From contig OX597825.1 in NCBI GenBank assembly GCA_951406725.2, positions 86,986,001-87,050,000 on the forward strand: 64,000 bases of DNA. The letters run 5' to 3'. Both the position numbers and the translations under genes were made by a program. The DNA is from Octopus vulgaris. Lineage: Eukaryota. This document shows, piece after piece, positions 1-11,480 of this stretch; position 1 is the stretch's first letter, and each line of letters starts with the position of its first letter. Under the pieces are notes generated by a model. That model saw nothing but the letters and a program-made list of their open reading frames with translations, made no database searches and was not told the DNA's origin.

Positions 1-666
1 TACAAAGTCAAATACGCATAGACAAACATCACCGACAACTACACTCGTACATAGAGACAAACGACCACACAAAGATTCAAACCTACGCACACACATGAAC
101 ACGCGCATAAGTACCAGTGTACGCACACACACACACATACACACGTATATTATCGATTCTTTTTCGAACAGGAACATAATAAATGTTAGTAAAGGAAGCT
201 ATATTATTGTTGATGGAACAGACCGCTCAATGTTATTGGTGTATTCTGTAGCAAGTACGGTGCCGTAGCAAAAGCACACAGACTCCATTGAGACATTCGT
301 TCATAAACAAAACCACTTCTTTTATGTTTTCGCCGGCTCCAATCATTGAACGGCGGCCATGCTGTGCCTTCATATTTAAAAGGGAGATTCATCGATTGTA
401 TTGATATCAGCGGTGAAGGCGAAGTCAATATTGTCGTCAATGGACATCACTTGGAGAGAACTAAATACCGCGAAGTGGTTTCGTTCCACGCACACCCCAT
501 TTCGATGCAAACAGCGTGTAATCGCGTGTATGCCTCCGCACACATGAGAGAAATTCGAAGTTTGATAGGTGCAACGCTCGAAACTCACTGCACTAGAGTC
601 ACTTACATGACTTTACAACCGAATAATATATAATATATAATATAATCCATGCACATATATATATGA

Positions 667-716
<50 letters not shown>

Positions 717-718
717 GC

Positions 719-777
<59 letters not shown>

Positions 778-787
778 CATACATACA

Positions 788-835
<48 letters not shown>

Positions 836-884
836 TATGTAACCACATTTTCTTCCTCCTTCTTCTTTCTATTGGACTTTCCTC

Positions 885-923
885 TGTCTCTGAAGAAGAG
901 CGTCTGCTCGAAAAGTTAAGCCA
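885..923 (+). ncRNA. Degenerate minimal type I hammerhead-like motif in a Penelope-like terminal fragment (~840-1020) inside (TA)n
   Basis: CTGAAGA (890-896), an extra A, stem II GAGC-gtct-GCTC, then GAAA (910-913). Stem III (AAAGTT instead of AACGTT) and stem I (GTCT/AGCC) carry mismatches. Confidence 0.45.
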
Positions 924-1119
924 TCTTTCTTTCCTTCCATGAGAGTCTGCTAATACTTTACATGTTCCACGTCCTCGCAATGTTGTTTTTTTTTTTTTGT
1001 ATTCCTTCTTCTTTTTTGGGGTATATATATATATATATATATAGTGAGAATTTACTATATAGGCCGGTGTGCAAACAACATACACATGCATTAGTTTAAT
1101 GCTCGGGAAGTGAGAAAGT

Positions 1120-1155
1120 CTTTTACGTTTCGTGCCTATGCTCTTCGACAGGAAC
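1120..1155 (-). ncRNA. Degenerate hammerhead-like motif (Penelope-type terminal fragment)
   Basis: Minus strand reads CTGTCGA-A-GAGC atag GCAC-GAAA-CGTA-AAAG. The core is a variant and stem II has a mismatch. Confidence 0.3.
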
Positions 1156-1356
1156 ACAGAAGCAAACAGGGAGAGAAAATAGAAAATGTTTAATGGGGAG
1201 CGATCTATCATGATACATATATATATAAATATATATTATTGTATCTTGAGGGAATCATCCTCTTTTAGTGCCTTATTACTGAACACACTCACCGGTTCGA
1301 TTTCCACTAGTTTACTTATTTCTTTTTTCTAAATTTTTTGGACGTTTTGCAAACGA

Positions 1357-1393
1357 CTATTGAAGAGGTTGCAAGACGCAACGAAAATTTTAG
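1357..1393 (+). ncRNA. Minimal hammerhead-like motif (U3 core variant)
   Basis: CTA-TTGAAGA-G-GTTGC aagac GCAAC-GAAA-ATTT-TAG. Stem II is a perfect 5 bp, stem III is palindromic AAATTT, and stem I is CTA/TAG. It is preceded by a decayed inverted copy of the same end at ~1322-1350. Confidence 0.45.
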
Positions 1394-1448
1394 AAAAAAA
1401 ATTTCAACACACGAATTCACATAAAGAATCTTGAAAACCAAATACAAA

Positions 1449-1582
<134 letters not shown>

Positions 1583-1593
1583 ATATATATATG

Positions 1594-1634
<41 letters not shown>

Positions 1635-1759
1635 ACACATTTAAGTTTATAGAAAAATCTGATATATAATAACTGATAATAACTTCATTTATCAAAAAAC
1701 GCTATGAGGATAAAAATAAACCTTTTTTTCAAAAATGTTATTCAATAAAGCCAACCTCA

Positions 1760-2430
1760 GCTTCAAGATCTGTCTCTATATGAAATCTAAATCCTCTACA
1801 TGCTCATATCACGTGTCCTGGTTAATTTTGGATATTACTCCGACTATGGTAGCATTTAAAGAATCTTTGGTGTTATGGCCGTGTTGATTGACCTCTCTCT
1901 CAACAACGCTCCACATGTAATAGTCCAATGGATTGAGATCTGGGGAATTAGGAGGCTGAAATGTTAAGGGTTATGTGATCATGAACATTTTCAGCCATCC
2001 ATTCCTGTATTACTGGAGCCATGTGTGATAGTGCAGAATCTTACTGAAACACATATTGTCTTCTATTGCACACACTGTCTATTCAGGGCTTAACAATTGT
2101 TTCCAGGATCTAAATGTAGGCGTCAGAATTAACTCTAAGGCCTTGTGGAAAGACGTAAGGAGGCATCACATGTCCTTCATTGCTGACAACCCCTAAAACC
2201 ATGACAGTTACAGAAAATTTTGTATGCATAACATTTGGAACTTCAGAAGGTTCTTCTCATAACCATCTGCCATTTCTTCTGTTAACTTTGATCTTTGTCG
2301 AAGTTTTTCTCGTTTGAGAAAAACCAAATCAAATCTGCTGTATTTTTCAGTTTGTTTAAGAACCTTTTAGATCTCATGTAGTGATTTTCTGCTTTTTCTG
2401 AAAAATTGACATTTCCTCTTCATATAAGAC
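1760..2430 (-). pseudogene. Decayed Tc1/mariner-superfamily transposase (maT/DD37D-like)
   Basis: Minus-strand translation gives FFSNEKNF (cf. FFSDEK), YVFQ*DSALSH (cf. QQDSAPSH) and PPNSPDLNPLDYYMWSVVEREVN. It contains stops and frameshifts. Confidence 0.8.
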
Positions 2431-2474
2431 TTATATATATATGTATACACATCTTTACATCCATATGTGTGTGT

Positions 2475-2690
2475 TTTTCTGTCTGTGGTTGTTCTCCGAC
2501 CGCTTGACATCTGGTATTGGTCTGTTTACTTCCCCGTAACTTAGCGGTTCGGGAAAAGGATCTGGTAGAATAAATACCAGGCTGAAAAGATGAAGTACTA
2601 AAGTCGATTCATTCCAGTAAAAAATGTTCAAGGCGGTGCCCCAGAATGGGCGCAGTCTAGTGACTGAAGCAGTAAAAGAAAAATAAAAGA
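2475..2690 (+). mobile_element. SINE family B, 3' half
   Basis: Matches the 3' part of the 17552-17977 copy (CCCCGTAACTTAGCGGTTCGG ... AAGGCGGTGCCCCAGAATGG ... GACTGAA). Confidence 0.75.
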
Positions 2691-3526
2691 AGAGACAGAT
2701 AGAGGCTGAGTGAAGATTGGTAAGTGATCCTTCAATTCAATGATTGTAATACAAACATATATAAAAATAAAAACACGCTGGCACACACACGCACACACAC
2801 GCACACACACACGCGCGCGCACACACACACACATACACACACACACACACACACACTCAAATTTGGAGCTCAAGTGACTTGAATCATGACACCGAGTTCC
2901 ACTTTGCAGAAGGGAAGTAGCGTGACAATGTATAAGTAAAAAAATGACAGATACACCCAAAATATGATTAAATGAACGAAACTAAAACTGTTGGATTAAT
3001 ATGCGTCACATCTTCATCTATCCAAGTGTTATACAGAGAACATAAACACACAAAAACGTCTCGTTTCCATGTTTCGAGTATCATATGTGTAAAACACACG
3101 AAAGAAAAAGTGATTTTTACATATGCAGTCTCAGTGTCGAGGAAGACTGAATAATTAGCAACACTGGTAACAATTCATGATAGCTTCCACTTCCAAGAAA
3201 CAGGCTGTACTTAATTGAGTACATAAGCATTCACTAACCCATGCAGTTACACATATATAATACTTACACGCACACGTATGTAGGTGAAAGAGAACGAGAG
3301 CCTTTGTGTGTATGTGAATGTATGTGTGTATATCAGAGAGAGAGAGGGATATAGAGAGAGGGAGAGACGGAGGGGAGAAAACGAAAGAGGGAGAGAGCGA
3401 GCAAGCGAGATAGATAGATAGATAGAGAGAGAGGGTTAAAAAGAAAGAGACGGGGAGAGAAAGCGAGGTATTTATATATATATATATATAATATATAATA
3501 TATATATACATGTATATGTATATGTA

Positions 3527-3575
<49 letters not shown>

Positions 3576-3746
3576 GCACACTTGCATATGTATGTTTACA
3601 ATCTTGTAGAAATATTCAGCTACACAAAGAATCCTTCACATACTCACATATATGCATACATACATACATAGATACATATATACAAACAAAAATACACACA
3701 TATATATATATATATTTGCATAATTCATATCAACCATCCTTCCATA

Positions 3747-3802
<56 letters not shown>

Positions 3803-4129
3803 GTACATATACGTTCGTGTGTACGATTACACGCATTTTGTGTATTTTTGTCCGAGTGGTTTTTCGTGTATAAATAATTTAAAGGAACATTGTGAATGTA
3901 AAGCTACATGGGAGATGATGGTGGGGAGGATAGAGGATGGAGCAGAATAACAGTGGAAGGCGGCGGGGGTGGGGGTTATGGGAGGGGGTCGGCGAGGTTA
4001 TAAGTGCTGGAATGTTTGTGAAGAAGATAGCAGAAGGGAAGTGTTGTGTCTGGCAACGAACGCCCGGTATTTTGTCTGTGCATACATACATACATACACA
4101 CATACATACATACATACATATATAAATAA

Positions 4130-4202
<73 letters not shown>

Positions 4203-4203
4203 C

Positions 4204-4268
<65 letters not shown>

Positions 4269-4724
4269 TAAGCATACATTATATATCTCTCGCTCTCTGT
4301 ATATATATATATATATATATGCGCACATACCAGTAGGTATATATATTATGTGCGCACGTCTGTGTGTACTTGTGTGTATGTGTATGTACGCATTTGCGGT
4401 GCATCTATCATATTCTATCGACAAAGAACTAAATTGTCAATTCCCCTCCCCCTCTTCCTCCTCGTCTACTGCCCTCTCCTCCCCCTCCCCCCGCCCTTCC
4501 CCCGTCTGTTTCATCGAAAACCTGCTTCTGTAAGGCTACGATGTAATTTCTGATCAGTCGTTCTTTGTCACAAGATTCTATGATGTCATTAACCTGGACC
4601 CAGAAGCCAACAATGCCTTCCGTTGTTTCAGAAAACATATTTCATTCTTGCCGCCATCACCACCTCATGTCTTTGCCCTTCATTACAATGATTGTCTTAT
4701 ATAATCTGGAACCGATTCTTCTTC

Positions 4725-4891
<167 letters not shown>

Positions 4892-4986
4892 TAGTTTTAT
4901 TTTTTATAGCGTGCTTTCACTTCACTACCGAGCGCAGCTCTGTGTGCCTTAGGTATGTGCTGTGATTTGTTGTGATGCTCTGATGG

Positions 4987-5266
4987 TTATTGTATGGAAA
5001 GTGTTCTGCGTAGGATGTGTGCAGTGCCTAGTAGTGCAATTTTCTGTATGTTATATGTGTTTGTAAGTCCTGGTGTTTTTGTTATGTATTTGTCTGAATA
5101 TTTTTTTATCATGCCTAATGCACCTACTATGATAGGAATTGTTTCTGTTTTCAGGTTCCACATTCTAGTTACCTCTATTTCCAGGTCTTTGTATTTTGAG
5201 AGTTTCTCCATTTCTTTTAGAGACACGTTGTCATCTGCCGGTATTGATACATCAATTAGAAAGCAT
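4987..5266 (-). CDS. C-terminal RLE endonuclease segment of the same ORF, after a 1-bp frameshift
   Basis: CFLIDVSIPADDNVSLKEMEKLSKYKDL...IPIIVGALG...ILRRTL* continues the PD-(D/E)xK domain. The shift is at the T7 run 5266-5272. Confidence 0.85.
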
Positions 5267-7214
5267 TTTTTTCTTCATGATCTCTGACAACTATATCTGG
5301 TCTGTTGGCCTTAATTTCTCTATCTGTGTGTATCGGCATATCCCACAGTATGGTTGCTTTCTCGTTTTCTGTTACCTTTTCTGGTGTGTGCCTATACCAT
5401 CTTTTTTCTGTTGTTATTCCATAATGTTGGCATAGCTTCCAATGTATGTAGGTTCCAACTCTGTCATGTCTGTGAATATATTCCTTCTTAGCCAGGACTG
5501 GGCAGCTAGAGATAATATGATTTATTGTTTCTTGTCCATCTCCACATATTCTGCAGTTACTTGTAATATTTCTTTTCATTAAATGTTTTTGGTAATTTCT
5601 GGTGGGGAGGCTTTGGTCTTGTGCTGCAATTAAAAATCCCTCTGTCTCTGCTTTGAGTCCTGAGCTTCTCAACCATTGCTGGGATTTTTCTTTGTCTATT
5701 TCTTTTGCGTTTAGTTTAGTGCAGTATTTACCATGAAGGGGCTTTTCTTGCCATCGTTTTATCATGGCTCGTTGCTGTTCTATTTTTAGTTTGGATTTCA
5801 TTTGTTTTATAGCTTTTGTTGTTTCTTCATCATCTTCTTCTTCTTCTTTGTGTTTATTAGGTGGTATGATTTCTTGTTTGTATTTGTCAGCTTCCTTAAA
5901 TACTGAGAACAGTTTTTTGTTTTGCTCGTGTTTTGCCGCTATTTGTATCAGATTTCCTTCCTTCTGAAGTAGATATTTTTGCAGTCCTATGGTGGTTATT
6001 TTATAGTAGTTTTCCAGCTGTATAAGGCCTCTACCACCTTCTATACGTTGTATATATAGTCTTTCTATGTCAGATTTTGGGTGATGCATCCTAGATCCTG
6101 TCAGTATTTTTCTTGTTTTCCTATCTATTTTGGACAGTTCATTTCGTGTCCAGTTAAGGATATTGTAGCTGTAACTTATAACTGGGACAGCTAAAGTGTT
6201 GATACCTATTATCTTGTTTTTAGCATTGAGCTCTGTTTTTAGTATTGATCTAACTTGTCTATAATATTCTTTTTTTATTTTCTCTTTCATTTGTGTGTGT
6301 TGTGTCTTATCTAGTTCATGGATTCCTAAGTATTTGTAAGTTTGGCTTTGGTCTAATTCTTTTATTTCATTGGTTTTATCTAGTGTGATGTTGTTACTCT
6401 TAACTAGTTTTCCTCTTTTCATGGTTACTTTGGCGCATTTTTCTAATCCAAATTTCATATCTATTTCTTTGGTAAATCCATGAACTGTCTTTAATAGTGT
6501 TTCCAGCTGTTTGTCATTTGCAGCGTATAGTTTTAGGTCATCCATATATAAAAGGTGGCTGATCGTTTTGCCGTAACATTTATATCCGCATCCAGTTCTA
6601 TTTAGCATATCAGATAGAGGTGACAGTGCCAAGCAGAAAAGGAGTGGAGAGAGCGTGTCTCCCTGGAATATTCCTCTTCTAATGGGGATGTCTTTGGTTT
6701 TCATGAGTCCCTCTTTTGTTTGGAGGTGTAGGACTGTTTGCCATTTATTCATAGAGTGCTCTATGAATTTTATGATTGTTGGTGCTACTTTGCTAATGGC
6801 TAGTGTTTCGAGGATCCATGTGTGGGGGATGCTATCAAACGCCTTTTTGTAGTCAATCCAGGCCATACTGAGGCCTTTCTTCTTTCTGTGGCTGTCTTCA
6901 GTTATGGCTTTATTAATCATTAGTTGATCTTTACAGCCATATGAGCCTTTGCGGCATCCTTTCTGCTCTTCTGGGAACAGTTTGTTTTCGTCCAGGTGCT
7001 TGTTTAGCCTTTGTGATATCACTGCAGTAAATGCCTTGAACATAGTAGGGAGGCAGGTTATTGGTCTGTAGTTTTCTGGTTTTTCTGTTTCATTTGATTT
7101 GGGAATTAAGATGGTTTTCCCCTTCGTGAGCCATTCAGGCATTGTCTCTGGCTCTGCTAGTATGCTGTTAAAGTTTTCAGCCAGCTTTTTGTGCATTCCT
7201 GTTAAATATTTCAA
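5256..7214 (-). CDS. Retrotransposon polyprotein, main open segment: reverse transcriptase, CCHC zinc knuckle, start of RLE endonuclease
   Basis: Motifs YRPITCL, WIDYKKAFDSIPH, GIFQGDTLSPLLF, HLLYMDDLKLY, YKYLG, GGRGL, CRICGDGQETINHIISSC, RHD and NRPDIVV. The frame extends upstream (WKAPGHDKIPNFW) to a TGA at ~7305. Confidence 0.92.
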   Translation of the reverse strand: MKYLTGMHKKLAENFNSILAEPETMPEWLTKGKTILIPKSNETEKPENYRPITCLPTMFKAFTAVISQRLNKHLDENKLFPEEQKGCRKGSYGCKDQLMINKAITEDSHRKKKGLSMAWIDYKKAFDSIPHTWILETLAISKVAPTIIKFIEHSMNKWQTVLHLQTKEGLMKTKDIPIRRGIFQGDTLSPLLFCLALSPLSDMLNRTGCGYKCYGKTISHLLYMDDLKLYAANDKQLETLLKTVHGFTKEIDMKFGLEKCAKVTMKRGKLVKSNNITLDKTNEIKELDQSQTYKYLGIHELDKTQHTQMKEKIKKEYYRQVRSILKTELNAKNKIIGINTLAVPVISYSYNILNWTRNELSKIDRKTRKILTGSRMHHPKSDIERLYIQRIEGGRGLIQLENYYKITTIGLQKYLLQKEGNLIQIAAKHEQNKKLFSVFKEADKYKQEIIPPNKHKEEEEDDEETTKAIKQMKSKLKIEQQRAMIKRWQEKPLHGKYCTKLNAKEIDKEKSQQWLRSSGLKAETEGFLIAAQDQSLPTRNYQKHLMKRNITSNCRICGDGQETINHIISSCPVLAKKEYIHRHDRVGTYIHWKLCQHYGITTEKRWYRHTPEKVTENEKATILWDMPIHTDREIKANRPDIVVRDHEEKNAF

Positions 7215-7525
7215 CCAGAAGTTGGGGATCTTGTCATGCCCAGGTGCCTTCCAGTTGCTTAGTCTTTGCAGTGCCTGGGTGACCTCTTCAGTTGTTATGG
7301 GGGTTCAAAGTTGTTCAGATGCCGAGTTTGTTATTGTGATACTCCTTTTTTTTGGTGGTTCGTTCGCCGACCATATTTCTCCCAGAATTCTTCCAATTCT
7401 TCTGCCGTTGGTGCTGCAGTAACTTCTATTTTATTTTTGCCCAGTTCTTGGTAGAACTTTTGCCCAGTTCTTGGTAGAACTTTTTGGGGTCGGAGTTGAA
7501 CTTTTTGTTCTGTTTTGTTTTGTTC

Positions 7526-7529
<4 letters not shown>

Positions 7530-7601
<72 letters not shown>

Positions 7602-7640
7602 CATCATTATTATTATTATCATTATTATTATTATCATTAA

Positions 7641-7671
<31 letters not shown>

Positions 7672-7759
7672 ATTATTATTATTATTATCATCATTATTAT
7701 TATTATCATTATTATTATTATCATTATTATTATTATCATTATTATTATTATTATTATTA

Positions 7760-7794
<35 letters not shown>

Positions 7795-7828
7795 ATTATT
7801 ATTATAATAATTATTATTATTATTATCA

Positions 7829-7866
<38 letters not shown>

Positions 7867-7946
7867 ATTATTATTATAATTATTATTATAATTATTATCA
7901 TCATTATTATTATTATCATTATTATTATTATCATTATTATTATTAC

Positions 7947-8012
<66 letters not shown>
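7530..8012. repeat. Long (ATT)n array with ATC/ATA interruptions at the 5' junction of the Dong-like element
   Basis: Direct inspection of the sequence. Confidence 0.95.
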
Positions 8013-8161
8013 CATGATTCATCGGTTGTCATATTTATATAGCGAGCTTTCCCCAAACTTCTGAGCGCCGCCGTATGGGTCTCGGCTACAAACACTGCTT
8101 TGTTTCGTTTCCTGCTTCCTCTTGTGTTGTGAGTTGTCTATACAATATGTAGAAACTTGTA

Positions 8162-8271
8162 AGGCTGAGAGCGCTGGATGGATCGTTAGCCCGTCGGGTA
8201 GAATGCTTTGCGGCATTTCGCCCGTCTTTACGTTATGAGTTCAAACTGTCCCGAGGTCGACTTTTGCCTTT
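8162..8271 (+). mobile_element. SINE family A, 5' part, abutting the truncated Penelope fragment
   Basis: GATCGTTAGC...GAGTTCAAA...GAGGTCGACTTTTGCCTTT, as in the 23502-23735 copy. Confidence 0.7.
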
Positions 8272-9045
8272 GTATAACCTACCACAGCTGCATGGGATGG
8301 AATGCACGCAGTCTTTGGTCATACTCTCTTCTATTCTCGAAGGAGATATTTGCGAAGTATTGTATTACTCTTGAATACTGTCCTGATGTCATATGGGCCG
8401 CATATCTTTTGTATCTTTTCGGAGAGCTTTTTCCCATAGGGTAGACAGGCCGTGGTCAGTTTATGGCTTTCATCCTCTCTTTTCTACATAATTGGAGTGG
8501 ATAGTATGTTTTTGGGGATTGTTGTTGCTTAATAGATTGTTACTTAGCTTGATCATTTCTTCGTGGTGTGTTTCAGGATCACTGCTTATATTCTTTGCAC
8601 GATGTTTTAGGCACTGAGCAATCCCTCTCTTTACACTGTACGGATGGCGAGAATTGAAGTTGTGGTATCGTCCAGTGAAGTTTGGCTTGCAGTATACGGA
8701 TGTCCTGGATCCATACTTGGTGCGTGTTATTAATACGTCCAGGAATGCTAGCTGATTGTCTTTTTCCTTTTCCATTGTGAACTGTATGGATGGCTTTATT
8801 GAGTTCACATGATCTAACAGCACTTGGACATCTTCCTGGTGGGGCCAGAGGATAATGGTGTCATCAACATATCGCAGCCTTAGTGTTGCTTTTAGTGGTG
8901 TTGATCCTAAAACCAAATTCTCAAAGTATTCCATGTATATATTGGTTATTATCAATGATAATGGCAAACCTATAGCTAAACCCTCTTCCTGTCGATATAT
9001 ATCAATATCCATTCTGAAGTAGGTAGTTTCTACACAGAAGATCAA
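8272..9045 (-). mobile_element. Penelope-like element fragment (RT C-terminal half, linker, start of GIY-YIG nuclease), pseudogenised
   Basis: ORF 8470-9117 has YRQEEGLAIGLPLS, RYVDD, IQFTMEKE, LAFLDV, VYCKP and HPYSVKRG. Downstream in shifted frames are LPY, SEKIQKICGPYDIRTVFKSN and DCVHSIPCSCGRLY. Confidence 0.88.
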
Positions 9046-9358
9046 CAAACAAGATGAAGAGAAATATCCGTCAAATGTAAATAATGTAAATAACGTAATG
9101 TTATACAAATCCGACAATCCTGTTTAGCCGTACAAGATGTTTGTATATATTATAGATGCATTAAACTGCTTATATATTCATGGAGACATGATGGCTAATG
9201 TTTGATTAGTGGTGGCCTCAGAAGACATAAAACTATGATAATGCATTTTCCGTCTGCAGAGAATAAAAATCTGTGGTGTGCCTTAAATTTGACATTGAAG
9301 CTAAACCCATATTTTCATTGCAAAAAATAGAAACAGAATATGATATACGTTAAAAATA

Positions 9359-9410
<52 letters not shown>

Positions 9411-9451
9411 AATGAAATACAGAAGATGGAATATACGAGAATTTATTATTA

Positions 9452-9557
9452 ATCACGACAATTGTTTCGACACATCTAGCATCGATTCCTCATGGATGGG
9501 ACACTCAACAACTGGTTCAAGAGCATCCGGTGGTGTAGATGTATCTCGTCGAGTGAT
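9452..9557 (-). ncRNA. Type I hammerhead ribozyme-like fold with 77-nt stem II domain (core variant UCGACGA)
   Basis: ATCAC-TCGACGA-GATACATCTA...TAGATGTGTC-GAAA-CAATT-GTC-GTGAT. Stem I is 5/5, the stem II base is 10 bp, stem III is the palindrome ACAATTGT, and the triplet is GUC. Confidence 0.7.
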
Positions 9558-9726
9558 AAATAAATGCAACTCGTTAAAATAACAGTTCCGCAATATAACT
9601 TCTCGTTTTGTAGAAAGAAAAGCCGCCAGACGGAGGAAACATCTTTATTTATATAGAAAATCAAAAATAAAATCACAAATGGCAAAAAGAGAAACGAACT
9701 CGCAATCCAGCGAGAAAAGTATGTGA

Positions 9727-9771
<45 letters not shown>

Positions 9772-11279
9772 TTTACATGTGTGTGTGAGTGTGCTTTTAC
9801 ATGTGTGTGTGTGCGTGTGTGTATGTATACACACATACATTTATAACGGGCTTCTGCAGGCTTCCCGTCTACGAAATACCACTCGTAAAAGTTGCCTACT
9901 CGACCTGCGTGCGAAACGAACTTATTAACCGGCGATTTAGCGGCATAACATCTACCGACTGTGCCTCATCAAACAACTACGACTTTAAGTTACTGCAATA
10001 CTCGATCGCAAGGAACAGAGCATCCACGGTGAGAATGTTAGCAGAGAGATATTTGTTGTTTCCTAAAGCATCTTTGCATCTATTACGCTCCTGTATTATC
10101 TACTTACAGCGATGTGAAGCGATTACAGCGATTTACATATCTTGTATATGAACACTGAATAGTTCTGATGACGAGATATGAACTTGTAGCCCTTGGGCAA
10201 GTTGTTCGATATCCTATCACCTCATCTTCTAACTCTAATCTCATTATATCTTTTCATGACGATGTAAAACTTAATTAACAATGAATTTTTCTTTTTATAT
10301 ATGGCTATAATATAATTACATTTTAATTTTTAATTAGAAATCAATATCTTGATTTATTGTTATACTATAATTGAATTTTTTAAAAGAATTTTAATTAAAA
10401 ATAAATATTTTCTTTTCAGCTGAAAACCATGTTCTGCAAGAAGAGTTTCTGTATTCCATTGAAATACACTTCAAAACGGAATTCATGTTGATTTTTCGAT
10501 TCCTTTGAAATGAATGTGCAATCAGCACCAGTAGAATTCGAACTAAGAGCTGTGTCGTATGTATAAATATTTGTTTTTCAAATGCTATCTCTTGCTGATA
10601 TGGAGGTTTTTTCTGGGGTGAATGGCCTGGCAATTCTTTCTTCAGACAATAGGGTCCACGGCGCCATACTTTACTATTATGCTGAAAATTAAAACCAAAT
10701 AATTTCTTTAACTTCCAGAGTGTTTTTTTTAACATATCTCAATAAAAAATGTGGTTTGAATGTAATTGTCGAATTGATTACCAAAAAGCCAGCCTAATTA
10801 AATTTTACTCACAGTTTTAACGTTGATTTCTGGGAAACTGCATGCATATTTATAACTCGGTCCATTCATGCTATTTGCAGGAATATGTGTCGGTAGCATT
10901 GACTGGGGAAGAGGAGAGGGTGGTTGTGACGGGGTCGCTTCAGCATTCTTCTGTACCACATTTTGTTGAAAACGACTGTGGAATAAGAAAAGTGTTTGAT
11001 GGCGAAATGGATGATGTCAGAGCTACTGCATCAACGTCACCTACCACCATCATTCAGACAAACACAGTCAAATATTTATGTTACGTTCGTAGTTTACACT
11101 TTCACCGCAAGATTGATCATTTTTTAACCAGAATATTTTCAGGAAAAAAATAATAGAATTGTTTTAGGCTGTCTACTTTTTCCATTTATTTGGCTTCAAA
11201 CATTTACGTCTCCCAGAGAATTTTACGTGAAATGCAAAATGACTTCAGCTTATTTCAAATACTTTTTTGAATCAGTTGC

Positions 11280-11480
11280 TACTGTTGTTTAGCCCAAGGT
11301 CGACTCTGGTCGAACGGATTCATGATCAAAGATGTTTCAGCCATAATCATGCAATATTTAGAAAGAGTATCTGAGATTACATTACTCAATGTGTTCATCT
11401 ATTGTTAAGATAGATGAATAATGCAATTTGAGGAAGATGTAGTTGCTATTTTTAGCAGGTCGGGTAGCCACGTAGACTTT
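11280..11480 (+). repeat. Decayed interspersed repeat (family D) ending in a (G)CTGCTATTTCTAGCAGG-type motif
   Basis: Related ends occur at ~47875-47960 (-) and ~63940-63985 (+). Confidence 0.45.

Noticed and set aside
4429-4638. 69-aa ORF with natural-looking composition
   Set aside because: It has no recognisable domain, runs into a G-rich low-complexity tract, and has no supporting exon structure.
7426-8064. Poly-N, poly-I and poly-L ORFs
   Set aside because: They are translations of the (ATT)n array. The same applies to the YI, CV, RE, LS, T, G and V repeat ORFs throughout the window.
10162-10192. CTGATGA hammerhead core
   Set aside because: There is no stem II pairing, GAAC replaces GAAA, and there is no convincing stem I complement.
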